From: Betaproteobacteria bacterium
Lineage (GTDB): Bacteria > Pseudomonadota > Gammaproteobacteria > Burkholderiales > SG8-39
Assembly (NCBI GenBank): GCA_005881595.1
Contig: VBBY01000002.1
Coordinates: 5,390-69,389 of the forward strand
Direction of reading: 5' to 3'
DNA length: 64,000 bases
Shown: positions 1-9,358 of the stretch, piece after piece
Layout: the number at the start of each line of letters is the position of its first letter
Position numbering within the stretch: the stretch's first letter is position 1
Translations under genes and position numbers: made by a program
The notes under the pieces: generated by a model
The model's input: only the letters and a program-made list of their open reading frames with translations
Databases searched by the model: none
What the model was told of the DNA's origin: nothing

Positions 1-935
1 CTCTGCCCTCGGCGGGCGTGGCGCAGCCAAAACAGGTGTGGAAGGCGTCAGACGTTCACCCGCTCGGCTACCCGACGGTCGAGGCAATCGTGCGCATGGG
101 CAAGAAGCTCGAGGCGCAGACCGGCGGCCGCTATTCGATCCAGATGTTCCCGTCGATGCAGCTCGGCGGCGAGAAGGAGATGATCGAGCAGGCCCAGGTC
201 GGCGCGCTGCAGATCGCGCGCATCTCGGTGGGCGCCATGGGCCCGGTGGTGGACGATCTGAACGTGTTCAACATGCCGTTCATCTTTCGCGACGAGCAGC
301 ACATGCGCAAAGTGATCGACGGCCCGATCGGCCAGGAGCTGCTTGAGCGCACTTCGAACGCGCCGACCTCGCGGCTGATCGTGCTCGGCTGGATGGACGC
401 CGGCACGCGCAATGTCTACTCGAACAAGCCAGTCACCAAGCCCGCCGACTTGAAGGGCATGAAGATCCGCATGATGGGCAACCCGCTGTTCGTCGAAACG
501 ATGAACGCGATGGGCGGCAACGGCGTCGCGATGGGCTTCAACGAGCTCTACTCCGCCCTGCAGACCGGCGTGGTGGACGGCGCGGAGAACAACCCGCCGA
601 CGCTGCTCGCGCAGAACCACTACCAGGTGAGCAAGGTGTACAGCCTCACCGGCCACCTGATCATCCCCGAGATCTTCGTTTTCTCGAAAAAGAACTGGGA
701 GATGCTCCCTAAGGCCGACCAGGCGCTCGTCAGGAAGCTCTCGCGCGAGGCGCAGCTCGAGCAGAGGAAGCTCTGGGATGCGTATGTCGGGGAGGCCGAG
801 TCGAAGCTCAAGGCCGCGGGCATCCAGTTCGTTCGCGCGGACAAGGAAGCCTTCTACAAGGCGACTCAGCCCGTGCGGGACAAGTACGGCGCCAAGTACG
901 GCGCGCTGCTGAAGCGCATCCAGGACACGAAATAG
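1..935 (+). CDS. TRAP transporter solute-binding protein (DctP family), 5' end cut by window edge
   Basis: ORF 18..935 shows DctP-family sequence (FPSMQLGGEKEMIEQAQVGALQ, NMPFIFRD). The frame stays open back to nt 3 and no signal peptide is present, so the real start lies upstream of the window. DctQ and DctM genes follow. Confidence 0.85.
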   Translation, partial: LPSAGVAQPKQVWKASDVHPLGYPTVEAIVRMGKKLEAQTGGRYSIQMFPSMQLGGEKEMIEQAQVGALQIARISVGAMGPVVDDLNVFNMPFIFRDEQHMRKVIDGPIGQELLERTSNAPTSRLIVLGWMDAGTRNVYSNKPVTKPADLKGMKIRMMGNPLFVETMNAMGGNGVAMGFNELYSALQTGVVDGAENNPPTLLAQNHYQVSKVYSLTGHLIIPEIFVFSKKNWEMLPKADQALVRKLSREAQLEQRKLWDAYVGEAESKLKAAGIQFVRADKEAFYKATQPVRDKYGAKYGALLKRIQDTK

Positions 936-954
936 CCGTTTTCACGATGAATGA

Positions 955-982
955 ACGGGCCGCCGCAGCGGCCCGTTTTTTT
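955..982 (+). terminator. Intra-operon hairpin plus T-tract between dctP and dctQ (possible partial terminator/attenuator)
   Basis: acgggccgc (955-963), loop cgca, gcggcccgt (968-976) form a perfect 9-bp stem that runs into ttttttt (976-982). The dctQ ATG is at 985. Confidence 0.55.
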
Positions 983-984
983 GT

Positions 985-1503
985 ATGAAGCAGAGTTATC
1001 AAAAAGCCATGGAGTGGCTGTACCTGGCGTGCATCGTGCTCTCCGGGACGGCGCTCGTCGCCATCACGCTCATCATCCCGCTCGGCGTGTTCATGCGCTA
1101 CGCGATGAACAATCCGCTGTCCTGGCCCGAGCCGGCCTCGGTCGTGATGATGGTGATGTTTTCGTTCATCGGCGGCGCAGCGGTGTACCGCGCCAACGCG
1201 CAGATCGCGGTCGAGGCGCTGCTCAAGGCCGTCGGGCCGAAGGCGCAGGTCGCAATGACCTGGGGCGTGCATGCCTGCATGGCGCTCACCGCGCTGTTCA
1301 TGCTCGGCTACGGCGTGCACCTGTGCGAGCTCACCTGGTACAACACGATGGCTGAATTTCCCGACCTGCGCGTCGGCATCGTCTATATGCCGATTCCTGT
1401 CGGCGGCCTGCTTACCTTCCTGTTCCTGGTCGAGAAGGCGTGGATCGGCGACCCGCCGAAGACCGACGTCATGTACAGCGACCAGGCCGCGGAGCTCGAA
1501 TAG
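985..1503 (+). CDS. TRAP transporter small permease (DctQ family)
   Basis: 172-aa hydrophobic protein of about 4 TM segments, located between the DctP and DctM genes. Its stop abuts the dctM ATG (TAGATG at 1501-1506). Confidence 0.85.
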   Translation: MKQSYQKAMEWLYLACIVLSGTALVAITLIIPLGVFMRYAMNNPLSWPEPASVVMMVMFSFIGGAAVYRANAQIAVEALLKAVGPKAQVAMTWGVHACMALTALFMLGYGVHLCELTWYNTMAEFPDLRVGIVYMPIPVGGLLTFLFLVEKAWIGDPPKTDVMYSDQAAELE

Positions 1504-2784
1504 ATGGACATCCTCGTTCTGCTTGGCTCTTTCACGGTTCTGTGCGCGCTCGCGGTGCCGGTCGCCTACGCCCTGGGCCTCGCGGCCCTGATCGCTGCCC
1601 TCTACGTCGACATCCCGCTCGAGGCGGTGATGCTCAAGATCTCCGACGGCACCGACGACTTCGCGCTGCTTGCCATCCCGTTCTTCGTGCTGGCGGGGGC
1701 GATCATGGCCGAAGGCGGCATGGCGGCGCGCCTGGTGAACCTCGCAAGAGTATTCGTCGGCTTCATCCGCGGCGGCATGGCGATCGTCAACATCCTCGCG
1801 AGCACGCTGTTCGGCTGCATCTCGGGCTCCTCGGTCGCGGACACCGCGTCGATCGGCTCGGTGATGATCCCGCAGATGATCAAGCAGGGCTACCCGCGCG
1901 TCTTCGCCACCAACGTGACCATCTGCGGCTCGGTCCAGGCGCTGATGATCCCGCCTTCGCACAACGCGGTGATCTACTCGGTCGCCGCCGGCGGCACGAT
2001 CTCCGTCGCCAGCCTGTTCCTCGCCGGCATCCTGCCGGGGCTCCTGTTCGGCGCCTGCCTGATCGGCCTGGTCGTGTGGACCGCGCATCGGCGCAGCTTT
2101 CCGGTATCCGAGCCCACCCCGCTCAAAGATGTGCCGAGGATCGTGCGCGAGGCGCTGTGGGGGCTGGTGACCGTCATCATCATCATGGGCGGAATCCTTT
2201 CCGGCGTGTTCACGCCCACCGAGTCGGCCGCCGTCGCCTGCGTGTATGCATTCCTGGTCACCTTCCTCGTGTATCGCGACTACAGGTGGCGCGACCTCCC
2301 GCATCTGATCCATCGCGTCATCAAGACCGTCGCGATGGTGATGATGCTGATCGGCTTCTCGGTCGGCTTCGGCTACATGATGGCGATCATGCAGATTCCC
2401 GCGAAGATCACGGTCTTCTTCCTCAGCATCTCGGAGAACAAGTACGTCTTTCTGCTGCTGGTGAACATCGTGCTGCTTCTGCTGGGTACCTTCATGGATC
2501 TCGCGCCGATGCTTCTCATCTGCACGCCGATCTTCCTGCCGGTGGTCTACAAGCTCGGCATCGACCCGGTGCATTTCGGCATGATCATGATCCTCAATCT
2601 CGGCATCGGTCTCATCACGCCGCCGGTGGGGCCGACGCTGTTCGTCGGCTGCGCCATAGGCAAGGTAACCATGGAGGAGGTCTCCAAGGAGCTCTGGCCG
2701 TTCTACGGCGCGATGTGCTTCGCGCTGCTGCTGGTGACCTACATTCCGGCAATCTCTCTGTGGATTCCGGGCCTGGCGAGGTGA
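1504..2784 (+). CDS. TRAP transporter large permease (DctM family)
   Basis: 426-aa polytopic membrane protein with typical DctM sequence (FALLAIPFFVLAGAIMAEGGMA, GSSVADTASIGSVMIP). Confidence 0.9.
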   Translation: MDILVLLGSFTVLCALAVPVAYALGLAALIAALYVDIPLEAVMLKISDGTDDFALLAIPFFVLAGAIMAEGGMAARLVNLARVFVGFIRGGMAIVNILASTLFGCISGSSVADTASIGSVMIPQMIKQGYPRVFATNVTICGSVQALMIPPSHNAVIYSVAAGGTISVASLFLAGILPGLLFGACLIGLVVWTAHRRSFPVSEPTPLKDVPRIVREALWGLVTVIIIMGGILSGVFTPTESAAVACVYAFLVTFLVYRDYRWRDLPHLIHRVIKTVAMVMMLIGFSVGFGYMMAIMQIPAKITVFFLSISENKYVFLLLVNIVLLLLGTFMDLAPMLLICTPIFLPVVYKLGIDPVHFGMIMILNLGIGLITPPVGPTLFVGCAIGKVTMEEVSKELWPFYGAMCFALLLVTYIPAISLWIPGLAR

Positions 2785-2788
2785 GCGC

Positions 2789-3832
2789 TCAAAAGCAGAT
2801 GACGCCCTTGCCGGTCGACTGGGTATCGAACACGCGGTAGGCCTCTTCTGCCTGCTCGAGCTTCCAGCGGTGCGAGAAGATCTTCTCTAGCGAAATGCGA
2901 TTGTCGACCACGAAGCGTGCGCATTCGGCCTGCCCCATCGCGCTGAACGTCCACGAACCGATCAGGGTGAGCTGCTTGCGCAGCAGGTCGCGGCTCACAT
3001 CGAGCGTGACTTCGCCTCCTTCTCCCACGAAGCACACGGTGCCCCAGGTTTTCGCCGAGCGAACTGCGGCGAGCCGCGCGGCGGCAATCCCGGTGCAATC
3101 GAGGGCCAGGTCCACGCCTTCGCCGCGGGTCAGGTCCTTCAATGCCTTTTCAGAATCATCGGCGTGAACGGCCGCCTCGGCGCCGAACTGCTTCGCTAGC
3201 GCGAGGCGCTCGGGGTTGGTTTCGACCGCGATGACCCGCGCCCCCATCTTCGCCCCCAGCAGGGTGGCGCTCAATCCGACCGGCCCCTGGCCGAACACGG
3301 CAAGGGTCGAGCCTCCCGCCAGATGCATGCGCCGCAGCGCGCCATAAGCCGTGCCGGTCCCGCAGGACACCGCGGCGCCCTCGACGAAGCTCAGCTCATC
3401 TGGCAGCGGAACGAGGGTACGCGCGGGCACTTTGAGGTATCCGGCATGGCCTCCGTTCGCGGTCACGCCATAGACGGTGATTCCGGCTTTGCATAGCTGC
3501 GACCAGCCGACCCGGCAGTGCTTGCACACGCCGCAACCCGAGTAATGATGGTCCATGACGCGCTGGCCGATGGGCGCTTCGCGTTCCGGCACCCCGGGGC
3601 CGCGCGCCGCGACCACGCCGCAGGGCTCGTGCCCGGCGATGAACGGCCCGGCATTGCCGCCCAGGCCGAGCGCCGCCTGCGCAGCGCCGGGCGGCGAGCG
3701 GTAGAACTTGAGATCGCTGCCGCACATGCCCGAGGCCTTCATCTCGATCACCACCTCGCCGGGACCTGGCGTCGGGTCCGGGAAATTGCGAACCTCGATT
3801 TTTCGGTCGCCCAGGAATACCGCGCCTTTCAT
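2789..3832 (-). CDS. Zinc-dependent alcohol/polyol dehydrogenase (MDR family)
   Basis: MKGAVFLGDRKIEVRNFPDP..., GHEPCGVV zinc motif, structural-zinc Cys cluster (CGVCKHCRVGWSQLC) and GxGxxG (VFGQGPVG). Start trimmed to ATG 3832, which overlaps the upstream stop as ATGA. Confidence 0.88.
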   Translation of the reverse strand: MKGAVFLGDRKIEVRNFPDPTPGPGEVVIEMKASGMCGSDLKFYRSPPGAAQAALGLGGNAGPFIAGHEPCGVVAARGPGVPEREAPIGQRVMDHHYSGCGVCKHCRVGWSQLCKAGITVYGVTANGGHAGYLKVPARTLVPLPDELSFVEGAAVSCGTGTAYGALRRMHLAGGSTLAVFGQGPVGLSATLLGAKMGARVIAVETNPERLALAKQFGAEAAVHADDSEKALKDLTRGEGVDLALDCTGIAAARLAAVRSAKTWGTVCFVGEGGEVTLDVSRDLLRKQLTLIGSWTFSAMGQAECARFVVDNRISLEKIFSHRWKLEQAEEAYRVFDTQSTGKGVICF

Positions 3833-4623
3833 GTAAACCTCACGTAACGATCCTTGCAGATTCGGAGCACCTCGTCGGGGTCGCGCTGCCACCAGTCGAG
3901 CTCGGAGAAGATCTCGACCTCGTGAAAGCCCGAGTATCCCGCGCCTTCGACCCAGGAGCGGATACGCGGCAGGTCGATCACGCCGTCGCCCATCATGCCG
4001 CGGTCGTTCAGCAGGTCACGCGTCGGCACCAGCCAGTCGCAGATGTGGTACGCGAGGATGCGCTTCTTTCCGGCGCGCTTGATCTGTTGCTCCAGCTTCG
4101 GATCCCACCAGACGTGGTAGACGTCGACCGCGACGCCGATTCCATCCTGGAGCAGTTCACAAAGATCCAAAGCCTGTTCCAGCGTATTGATGCACGCGCG
4201 CTCGGCCGCCTGCATGGGATGCAACGGCTCGATCGCCAGCGGCACGCCGGCCTTTCTTGCCTCCGGAAGGATGGTTGCAATGCCCTCTCTTACCCTCTCG
4301 CGGGATGAAATCAAGTCCTTCGATCCCTCGGCGAGGCCACCGACGACCAGCACCAGGCATTGCGCGCCGAGCGCATGCGCCTCCTCGATGGCGCGCCGGT
4401 TGTCGTCCCTCCAGTTCCTGGCAGTGAAGAAGCCGCCGCGGCACAGGCCGGTCACGCTCAGGCCATGCGAGTTGATGGATTTCACAGCTTCCTTCAAACC
4501 CATTTGCGCGACCTGGTCGCGCCAGGGCGAGATGCCGCGGATCTCATGGCGCGCGCAGCCCTCGATCATCTGGGCGAGGTTCCATTGCTTCTTCACCGTC
4601 GCGGTGTTGAGCGAAAGCTTCAC
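3829..4623 (-). CDS. Sugar phosphate isomerase/epimerase (xylose-isomerase-like TIM barrel)
   Basis: VKLSLNTATVKKQWNL..., typical TIM-barrel AP-endonuclease-2/IolE-like family sequence. GTG start at 4623 overlaps the dctM stop (GTGA). Confidence 0.75.
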   Translation of the reverse strand: MKLSLNTATVKKQWNLAQMIEGCARHEIRGISPWRDQVAQMGLKEAVKSINSHGLSVTGLCRGGFFTARNWRDDNRRAIEEAHALGAQCLVLVVGGLAEGSKDLISSRERVREGIATILPEARKAGVPLAIEPLHPMQAAERACINTLEQALDLCELLQDGIGVAVDVYHVWWDPKLEQQIKRAGKKRILAYHICDWLVPTRDLLNDRGMMGDGVIDLPRIRSWVEGAGYSGFHEVEIFSELDWWQRDPDEVLRICKDRYVRFT

Positions 4624-5939
4624 TTCAGCAGTTCGGGGGCGATCAGCTTGGGAAGGATCAGGGGAATCTCGGGCCAGATGATGATCGCCGCCAGCATCAG
4701 CAGCATCGGTATCAGCATGATCATGGTGTCCTTGAGCGCGAACTTGAGGGGCACCTTGGCCACTGCGCACGAGATCATCAGGCACAAGCCGTAAGGCGGC
4801 GTCACCAGGCCGAAGGCGAGCGAGACGATGCCGATGATGGCGAAGTGGATCGGATGCATGTGCACCGAATTGGCCAGCGGCTGCAGGATCGTGCCGACGA
4901 TGATGATCGCCGGTATGGCATCGAGGAAACAGCCGACCACCAGGAACACGAAGGCGATGAAAAAGCCGACGCCGGTAATTCCCATTCCCCAGCCGGTCAC
5001 GTTCTCGAGCAGCGCCTTCGGGATCTGGTAATAGGCGAGCAGCCAGCCGAATGCGGACGCCGTGCCGACGCAGAACAGGGCCACCGACGCGAGCCTCCCG
5101 GTTTCCGCGAACGCGTGGTAGAGCTGCTTCAGGTCCATCTCGCGGTAGATGAAGATGGAGAGGAGGGCCGCGTAGATCACCGCGACCGCGGCCGATTCGG
5201 TGGCAGTGAACCAGCCGAGCAGGATGCCGCCGACGATGATGAACGGGGTGAACAACGCCGGCAATGACTGCCAGGCCGAGACGAAGAACTCTTTCAGGTT
5301 AGAACGCGGATAGACCGGGTAGTGGTAAATCTTGGAATACACGTGGACGGTGACCATCTGCGCCGCCGCGATCAGCAGGCCCGGCAGGATGCCTGCCAGG
5401 TACATCGCGCCGATCGAGGTCGAGATCACCCCGCCCCAGACGATCATCAGGATGGAAGGCGGGATGATGACCGCGAGGACCGCCGAAACGGCGGTGATCG
5501 CTATGGAGAACGACAGGCCATAGCCTTCCTTCACCTGCGCCTCGATGAAGATCTTCGACTGGCTTGCCGCGTCCGCGGTGGAGGAGCCCGAGATGCCGGC
5601 GAAGAACACCGAGAGCAGCACGTTGATCTGGGCGAGCGCGCCGGGAAAGTGGCCCACCATGGTACGCGACAGGCGCACCAGCCGGTCGGTAATGCCGCCG
5701 ACGTTCATCAGGTTGGCGGTGAGCAGGAAGAACGGCACCGCGAGCAGGATGAACGAGTTGTACGCCTTGAAGGTCTCGTTGAAGAGCATCATCGGCGACA
5801 GGCGCGGCTCCGTGATCACCACCGGAAGGCACGCAAGCCCGAGCGCGAAGGCAACCGGCACGCGCGCCACCAGCAGCGCAAAGAACACGCCGAACAGCAC
5901 GAGCGCGGCCATCCCCGGGGCAAGGGCGACCGAGCTCAT
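4620..5939 (-). CDS. TRAP transporter large permease (DctM family)
   Basis: MSSVALAPGMAALVLFGVFFALLVARVPVAFALG..., GSSTADAASQSKIFI. Start trimmed to ATG 5939, which overlaps the dctQ stop (ATGA). Confidence 0.88.
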   Translation of the reverse strand: MSSVALAPGMAALVLFGVFFALLVARVPVAFALGLACLPVVITEPRLSPMMLFNETFKAYNSFILLAVPFFLLTANLMNVGGITDRLVRLSRTMVGHFPGALAQINVLLSVFFAGISGSSTADAASQSKIFIEAQVKEGYGLSFSIAITAVSAVLAVIIPPSILMIVWGGVISTSIGAMYLAGILPGLLIAAAQMVTVHVYSKIYHYPVYPRSNLKEFFVSAWQSLPALFTPFIIVGGILLGWFTATESAAVAVIYAALLSIFIYREMDLKQLYHAFAETGRLASVALFCVGTASAFGWLLAYYQIPKALLENVTGWGMGITGVGFFIAFVFLVVGCFLDAIPAIIIVGTILQPLANSVHMHPIHFAIIGIVSLAFGLVTPPYGLCLMISCAVAKVPLKFALKDTMIMLIPMLLMLAAIIIWPEIPLILPKLIAPELLK

Positions 5940-6406
5940 GAGCGCAAGATGCGGAAGTTGTCGACGAACGACTCGCCGAGGAACAGGATCCAGGTAAACC
6001 CGGCGAGCGGCCAGGCGATGAAAATCCACGGCATCGGCAGCTCCGCGAGCTCGGAGAGCTGGTCCCAGCCGAAGCGCACGAACTCGATGCCCCACCAGAC
6101 GAAAACCAGAGCGAATGCCAGGACGCACACCTGCGAGACGATGCGCAGCAGCGCGGTGGACTTCGGCCCGAGATCAGGCCAGACGTCGACCTCGAAGTGC
6201 GAGTGCTCGCGGATGCCGATCATCGCTCCGAGCATCACCATCCAGATGAACAGGAAGCGCGACAGCTCCTCGGTCCAGATCCAGGACGGGATCAGCTCGG
6301 TGTAGCGCGAGATGATCTGCAGCGTCACCGGGACGATCAGGATCGCGACCGTCCCCACCATCAGCCAGGTCAGCAGCCGATGGTACAGCTCGATGAAGCG
6401 CCTCAC
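5936..6406 (-). CDS. TRAP transporter small permease (DctQ family)
   Basis: The hydrophobic C-terminal 157 aa of ORF 5936..6673 is the plausible gene. GTG 6406 overlaps the dctP stop (GTGA). The upstream part of that ORF is Arg/Gly-rich run-on. Confidence 0.75.
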   Translation of the reverse strand: MRRFIELYHRLLTWLMVGTVAILIVPVTLQIISRYTELIPSWIWTEELSRFLFIWMVMLGAMIGIREHSHFEVDVWPDLGPKSTALLRIVSQVCVLAFALVFVWWGIEFVRFGWDQLSELAELPMPWIFIAWPLAGFTWILFLGESFVDNFRILRS

Positions 6407-7374
6407 TTGATCGCGTTGATCTTCGCGAAAATCGCGTCGGCGCCGATCTCCTTGGCGTAAGCCTCGATCACCGGGTCCACCGCTTTCTTCATCTGCGCCC
6501 GGTCCGAGAATGCAATGCGCTTGAGCTTGCCGGCCTTCTCCAGCGCGACCAGCTTCTGCTCGTCCTCGCTCGACTCGATTCTCCGGCCGTACGCGCCTGC
6601 TTCCTTGCCCGCCCTGAGCACCGCCGCCTGCAGGTCCTTGTCGAGGCCCTTGAACGTCTTGCCGGAGAAGCACAGCGGCCGGATGGTGATCGCGTGCTGC
6701 GTCATGTTGAGGTTGGGGCCCACCTCGTAGAACTTCATCTGCTCGACGCCCGCCGCCTCGTTCTCGCCGGCCTGGATGACGCCGTTCTGGATCGCGTTGT
6801 AGACCTCGTTATAGGCGATCACCGTAGGGGACATGCCTGCCGCGGCGAAGGTGCGGCTCCAGATCGGCGCGCCCTGCACGCGGACTTTCAGGTTCTTCAT
6901 CTCGGCCATGTTGCGCACCGGCTTGTTGGCGAAGATGTTGCGCGTGCCGCCGCCGGCGTAGCCGATCAGCATCACGTCGGCCTTCTGCGCGATCTCGTCG
7001 GCGATCGGTTTCAGGAGGTCGGCGTCGAGCACCTTGTTCCAGTGATCGAGGTCGCGGAAGATGAACGGCGCGTCGATGAACGGCGCCGCCTTCGAAAACG
7101 TCGACATGTGCGCCGGCGACACGATCGCGTAGTCGACCGCCTTGCCCTGGTTCATGTAGGCGAAATAGTCCTTCTCCAGGCCGAGCTCGCTGTTCTTGTG
7201 CAGCACGAAGCTGACCGGCTTGCCGTAGTACTTCTTCACCAGCTCCTCGAACCGCACCATCGCCTTGGTGAAGGCGTGCTCGTCGCTGAACTGCGAGGCG
7301 CCGTGCAGCGTGAGCTGCGCTGCGGCGGGAACAGCGATCAGAAGCAAGATGATTGCCGCGATAAACCGCTTCAT
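6403..7374 (-). CDS. TRAP transporter solute-binding protein (DctP family)
   Basis: MKRFIAAIILLLIAVPAAAQ signal peptide followed by a DctP-like body (APFIFRDLDHWNKV). ATG 7374 overlaps the upstream stop (ATGA). Confidence 0.88.
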   Translation of the reverse strand: MKRFIAAIILLLIAVPAAAQLTLHGASQFSDEHAFTKAMVRFEELVKKYYGKPVSFVLHKNSELGLEKDYFAYMNQGKAVDYAIVSPAHMSTFSKAAPFIDAPFIFRDLDHWNKVLDADLLKPIADEIAQKADVMLIGYAGGGTRNIFANKPVRNMAEMKNLKVRVQGAPIWSRTFAAAGMSPTVIAYNEVYNAIQNGVIQAGENEAAGVEQMKFYEVGPNLNMTQHAITIRPLCFSGKTFKGLDKDLQAAVLRAGKEAGAYGRRIESSEDEQKLVALEKAGKLKRIAFSDRAQMKKAVDPVIEAYAKEIGADAIFAKINAIK

Positions 7375-8192
7375 GATTTTCCCTCCTCCTTGACGGTGAT
7401 GCGCCACAGTGTACGCGGATCGTCCGGTTCGGTGAGCGTCGCCGCGTGCAGCAGCGACGCATTGTCCCAGATCACCACATCGCCGACCCCGTATTTGAGC
7501 CGGTACTGATACTTCTCCTGCGTCGCGTGGTCCCGCAGCTCATCGAGCAGGTCGATGGCTTCGTCCTGCGGCATGCCTTCGATGCCGAAGGAGCTGCCCG
7601 AGACGGCATAGAGCGCCTTGCGCCCGGTGACCGGGTGGCGGCGCACCACCGGATGGCGCACCCAGGTCACTTTCTTCTCCTGCTCCTCGGAAAGCACCGA
7701 GGCGACGGTGCGCGAGCCCTTGTCGAGGTCATCGCGGTTGCCGTAGTGATGCAGCGCAACGAGGCTTTCCAGCTTGTGCTTCATTGTCCCCGGAAGGGCG
7801 TCGTACGCGGCGTACTGGTTCGCGAACAGCGTATCGCCACCCTTGCTCGGCACCTGGATTGAATACAGCAGCGTCGCGCGCGCCGGCACTTCGAGATAGG
7901 AGTAGTCGGTGTGAAAGTACGTGCCGGCGTCCGCCAGGCCGGTCGGCGCGCCGTCCTTCTTCACGTTGGACAGGATCAGGATGTCGGCGTGCTCTGGATG
8001 GTGGAACTGGTCAATGACGTGCGGCTCGGGCCTGCCGAACTGGCGCGCGAACTCGAGGAACTGCGCCGCCTTCAGCTGCAGATTTCTGAACACCAGGATC
8101 TGCCCGGCAAAGAACGCATCCCAGACCTCCCGGAAATCGGGGCTGATCGCGTCAGCCTGCAGCCCGAAACCGCCGAGCTTCGTCAGCCGCAT
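7371..8192 (-). CDS. TauD/TfdA-family Fe(II)/2-oxoglutarate dioxygenase
   Basis: MRLTKLGGFGLQADAIS..., YFHTDYSY (HxD iron-binding motif) and GDTLFANQ. Start trimmed to ATG 8192, a 10-nt overlap with the upstream gene. Confidence 0.8.
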   Translation of the reverse strand: MRLTKLGGFGLQADAISPDFREVWDAFFAGQILVFRNLQLKAAQFLEFARQFGRPEPHVIDQFHHPEHADILILSNVKKDGAPTGLADAGTYFHTDYSYLEVPARATLLYSIQVPSKGGDTLFANQYAAYDALPGTMKHKLESLVALHHYGNRDDLDKGSRTVASVLSEEQEKKVTWVRHPVVRRHPVTGRKALYAVSGSSFGIEGMPQDEAIDLLDELRDHATQEKYQYRLKYGVGDVVIWDNASLLHAATLTEPDDPRTLWRITVKEEGKS

Positions 8193-9358
8193 CCGTGCAC
8201 CGCGAGAAGTTGCTTCATGCGCGCGCAGGCGAGCGGCGGATCCGACAGCAGCCCGGCGGCGTCGGCGAGCCTGAACAGCTCGCAGAAATGCAGCAGGTGG
8301 CGCGCCGACTGCTGGCCGCCGACCATCACGAAGTGGTCCTGGTGCCCGTTGAGCCACGCCATGAACACGACGCCGGTCTTGTAGAAGCGTGTCGGCGCAC
8401 AGAAGATATGGCGCGCAAGCGCCACGGTGGGAGCGAGCACCTCGTGGTATTCATCTTTTTTGTTAATGGTCAAAGCCGATAGCGCGTGCGAGGCGGCGGG
8501 GGCGATCGAGTCGAAGATGCCGAGCAGCGCATCCGAGTAGCCCTCGGCATCGCCCTCGATCAGCTCGGCGAAGTTGAAGTCGTCGCCGGTGTACATGCGC
8601 ACGCCCCTGGGCAGCCTGCGGCGCATGGCGACCTCCTTGCCTTTGTCGAGCAGGGAGATTTTGATCCCATCGACCTTGGCTTTGTTTCTTTTCAAAATCT
8701 CTAAACAGTTTTCCACCGCCGCATGGTGATCCCTGTTGCCCCAATATCCCTCCAGCGCCGGGTCGAACATCTCGCCCAGCCAGTGGATGATCACCGGCTC
8801 TTTGACCTGCGACAGGATGCGGTCGTACACGCGCGCGTAGTCCTCGGGCGACTTGGCGCGGGCCGCCAGCGCGCGGCTCGCCATGAGGATGATGCGGCCG
8901 CCTAGCTTCTCGATCGAAGCGCATTGGGCTTCGTACGCGGAAATGATTTCCTCGATTGAAAACTCTTTATGCAAAGACAAGTGGTCCGTTCCCGCCCCTG
9001 AAGCGACGAAGGCACCCGGTGCATCTCTCGCTGCATCCAGGGTTTTCTTTATTAATTCCAAAGAGCTTGGCCAGTCGAGCCCCATGCCGCGCTGCGCCGT
9101 GTCCATCGCTTCGGCGATCCCCAGCCCCCAGGACCACAGGTGCCTGCGGTACGCGATCGTTGCCTCCCAGTCGATCGCCGGCTCGAGCCAGGGCTCCCTG
9201 GTCGAGAAAGGATCGGCGACGACATGCGCCGCGGCCAGGGCACGCCGGGTAAACGGTTTCGCCGGCCTGCGAAAGGACTTGGGCTCCCGGACCGCATAGT
9301 CTTCGAGCGAGCCGCCAGCGCCGGGAAGCTTGATGGCTAGAATCGTGTCGCGTTTCAT
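8183..9358 (-). CDS. DUF993-family protein (DHDPS-like TIM-barrel fold, function unknown)
   Basis: AAAHVVADPFS...IDWEATIAYRRHLWSWGLGIAEAMDTAQRGMGLDW matches my memory of the conserved DUF993 core. ATG 9358 overlaps the upstream stop (ATGA). Confidence 0.65.
   Translation of the reverse strand: MKRDTILAIKLPGAGGSLEDYAVREPKSFRRPAKPFTRRALAAAHVVADPFSTREPWLEPAIDWEATIAYRRHLWSWGLGIAEAMDTAQRGMGLDWPSSLELIKKTLDAARDAPGAFVASGAGTDHLSLHKEFSIEEIISAYEAQCASIEKLGGRIILMASRALAARAKSPEDYARVYDRILSQVKEPVIIHWLGEMFDPALEGYWGNRDHHAAVENCLEILKRNKAKVDGIKISLLDKGKEVAMRRRLPRGVRMYTGDDFNFAELIEGDAEGYSDALLGIFDSIAPAASHALSALTINKKDEYHEVLAPTVALARHIFCAPTRFYKTGVVFMAWLNGHQDHFVMVGGQQSARHLLHFCELFRLADAAGLLSDPPLACARMKQLLAVHGCG

Noticed and set aside
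808-2574. 588-aa minus-strand ORF antisense to TRAP dctQ/dctM
   Set aside because: Same artefact: it has an R/D/H/G-rich composition and overlaps genes with clear membrane-protein signatures on the other strand.
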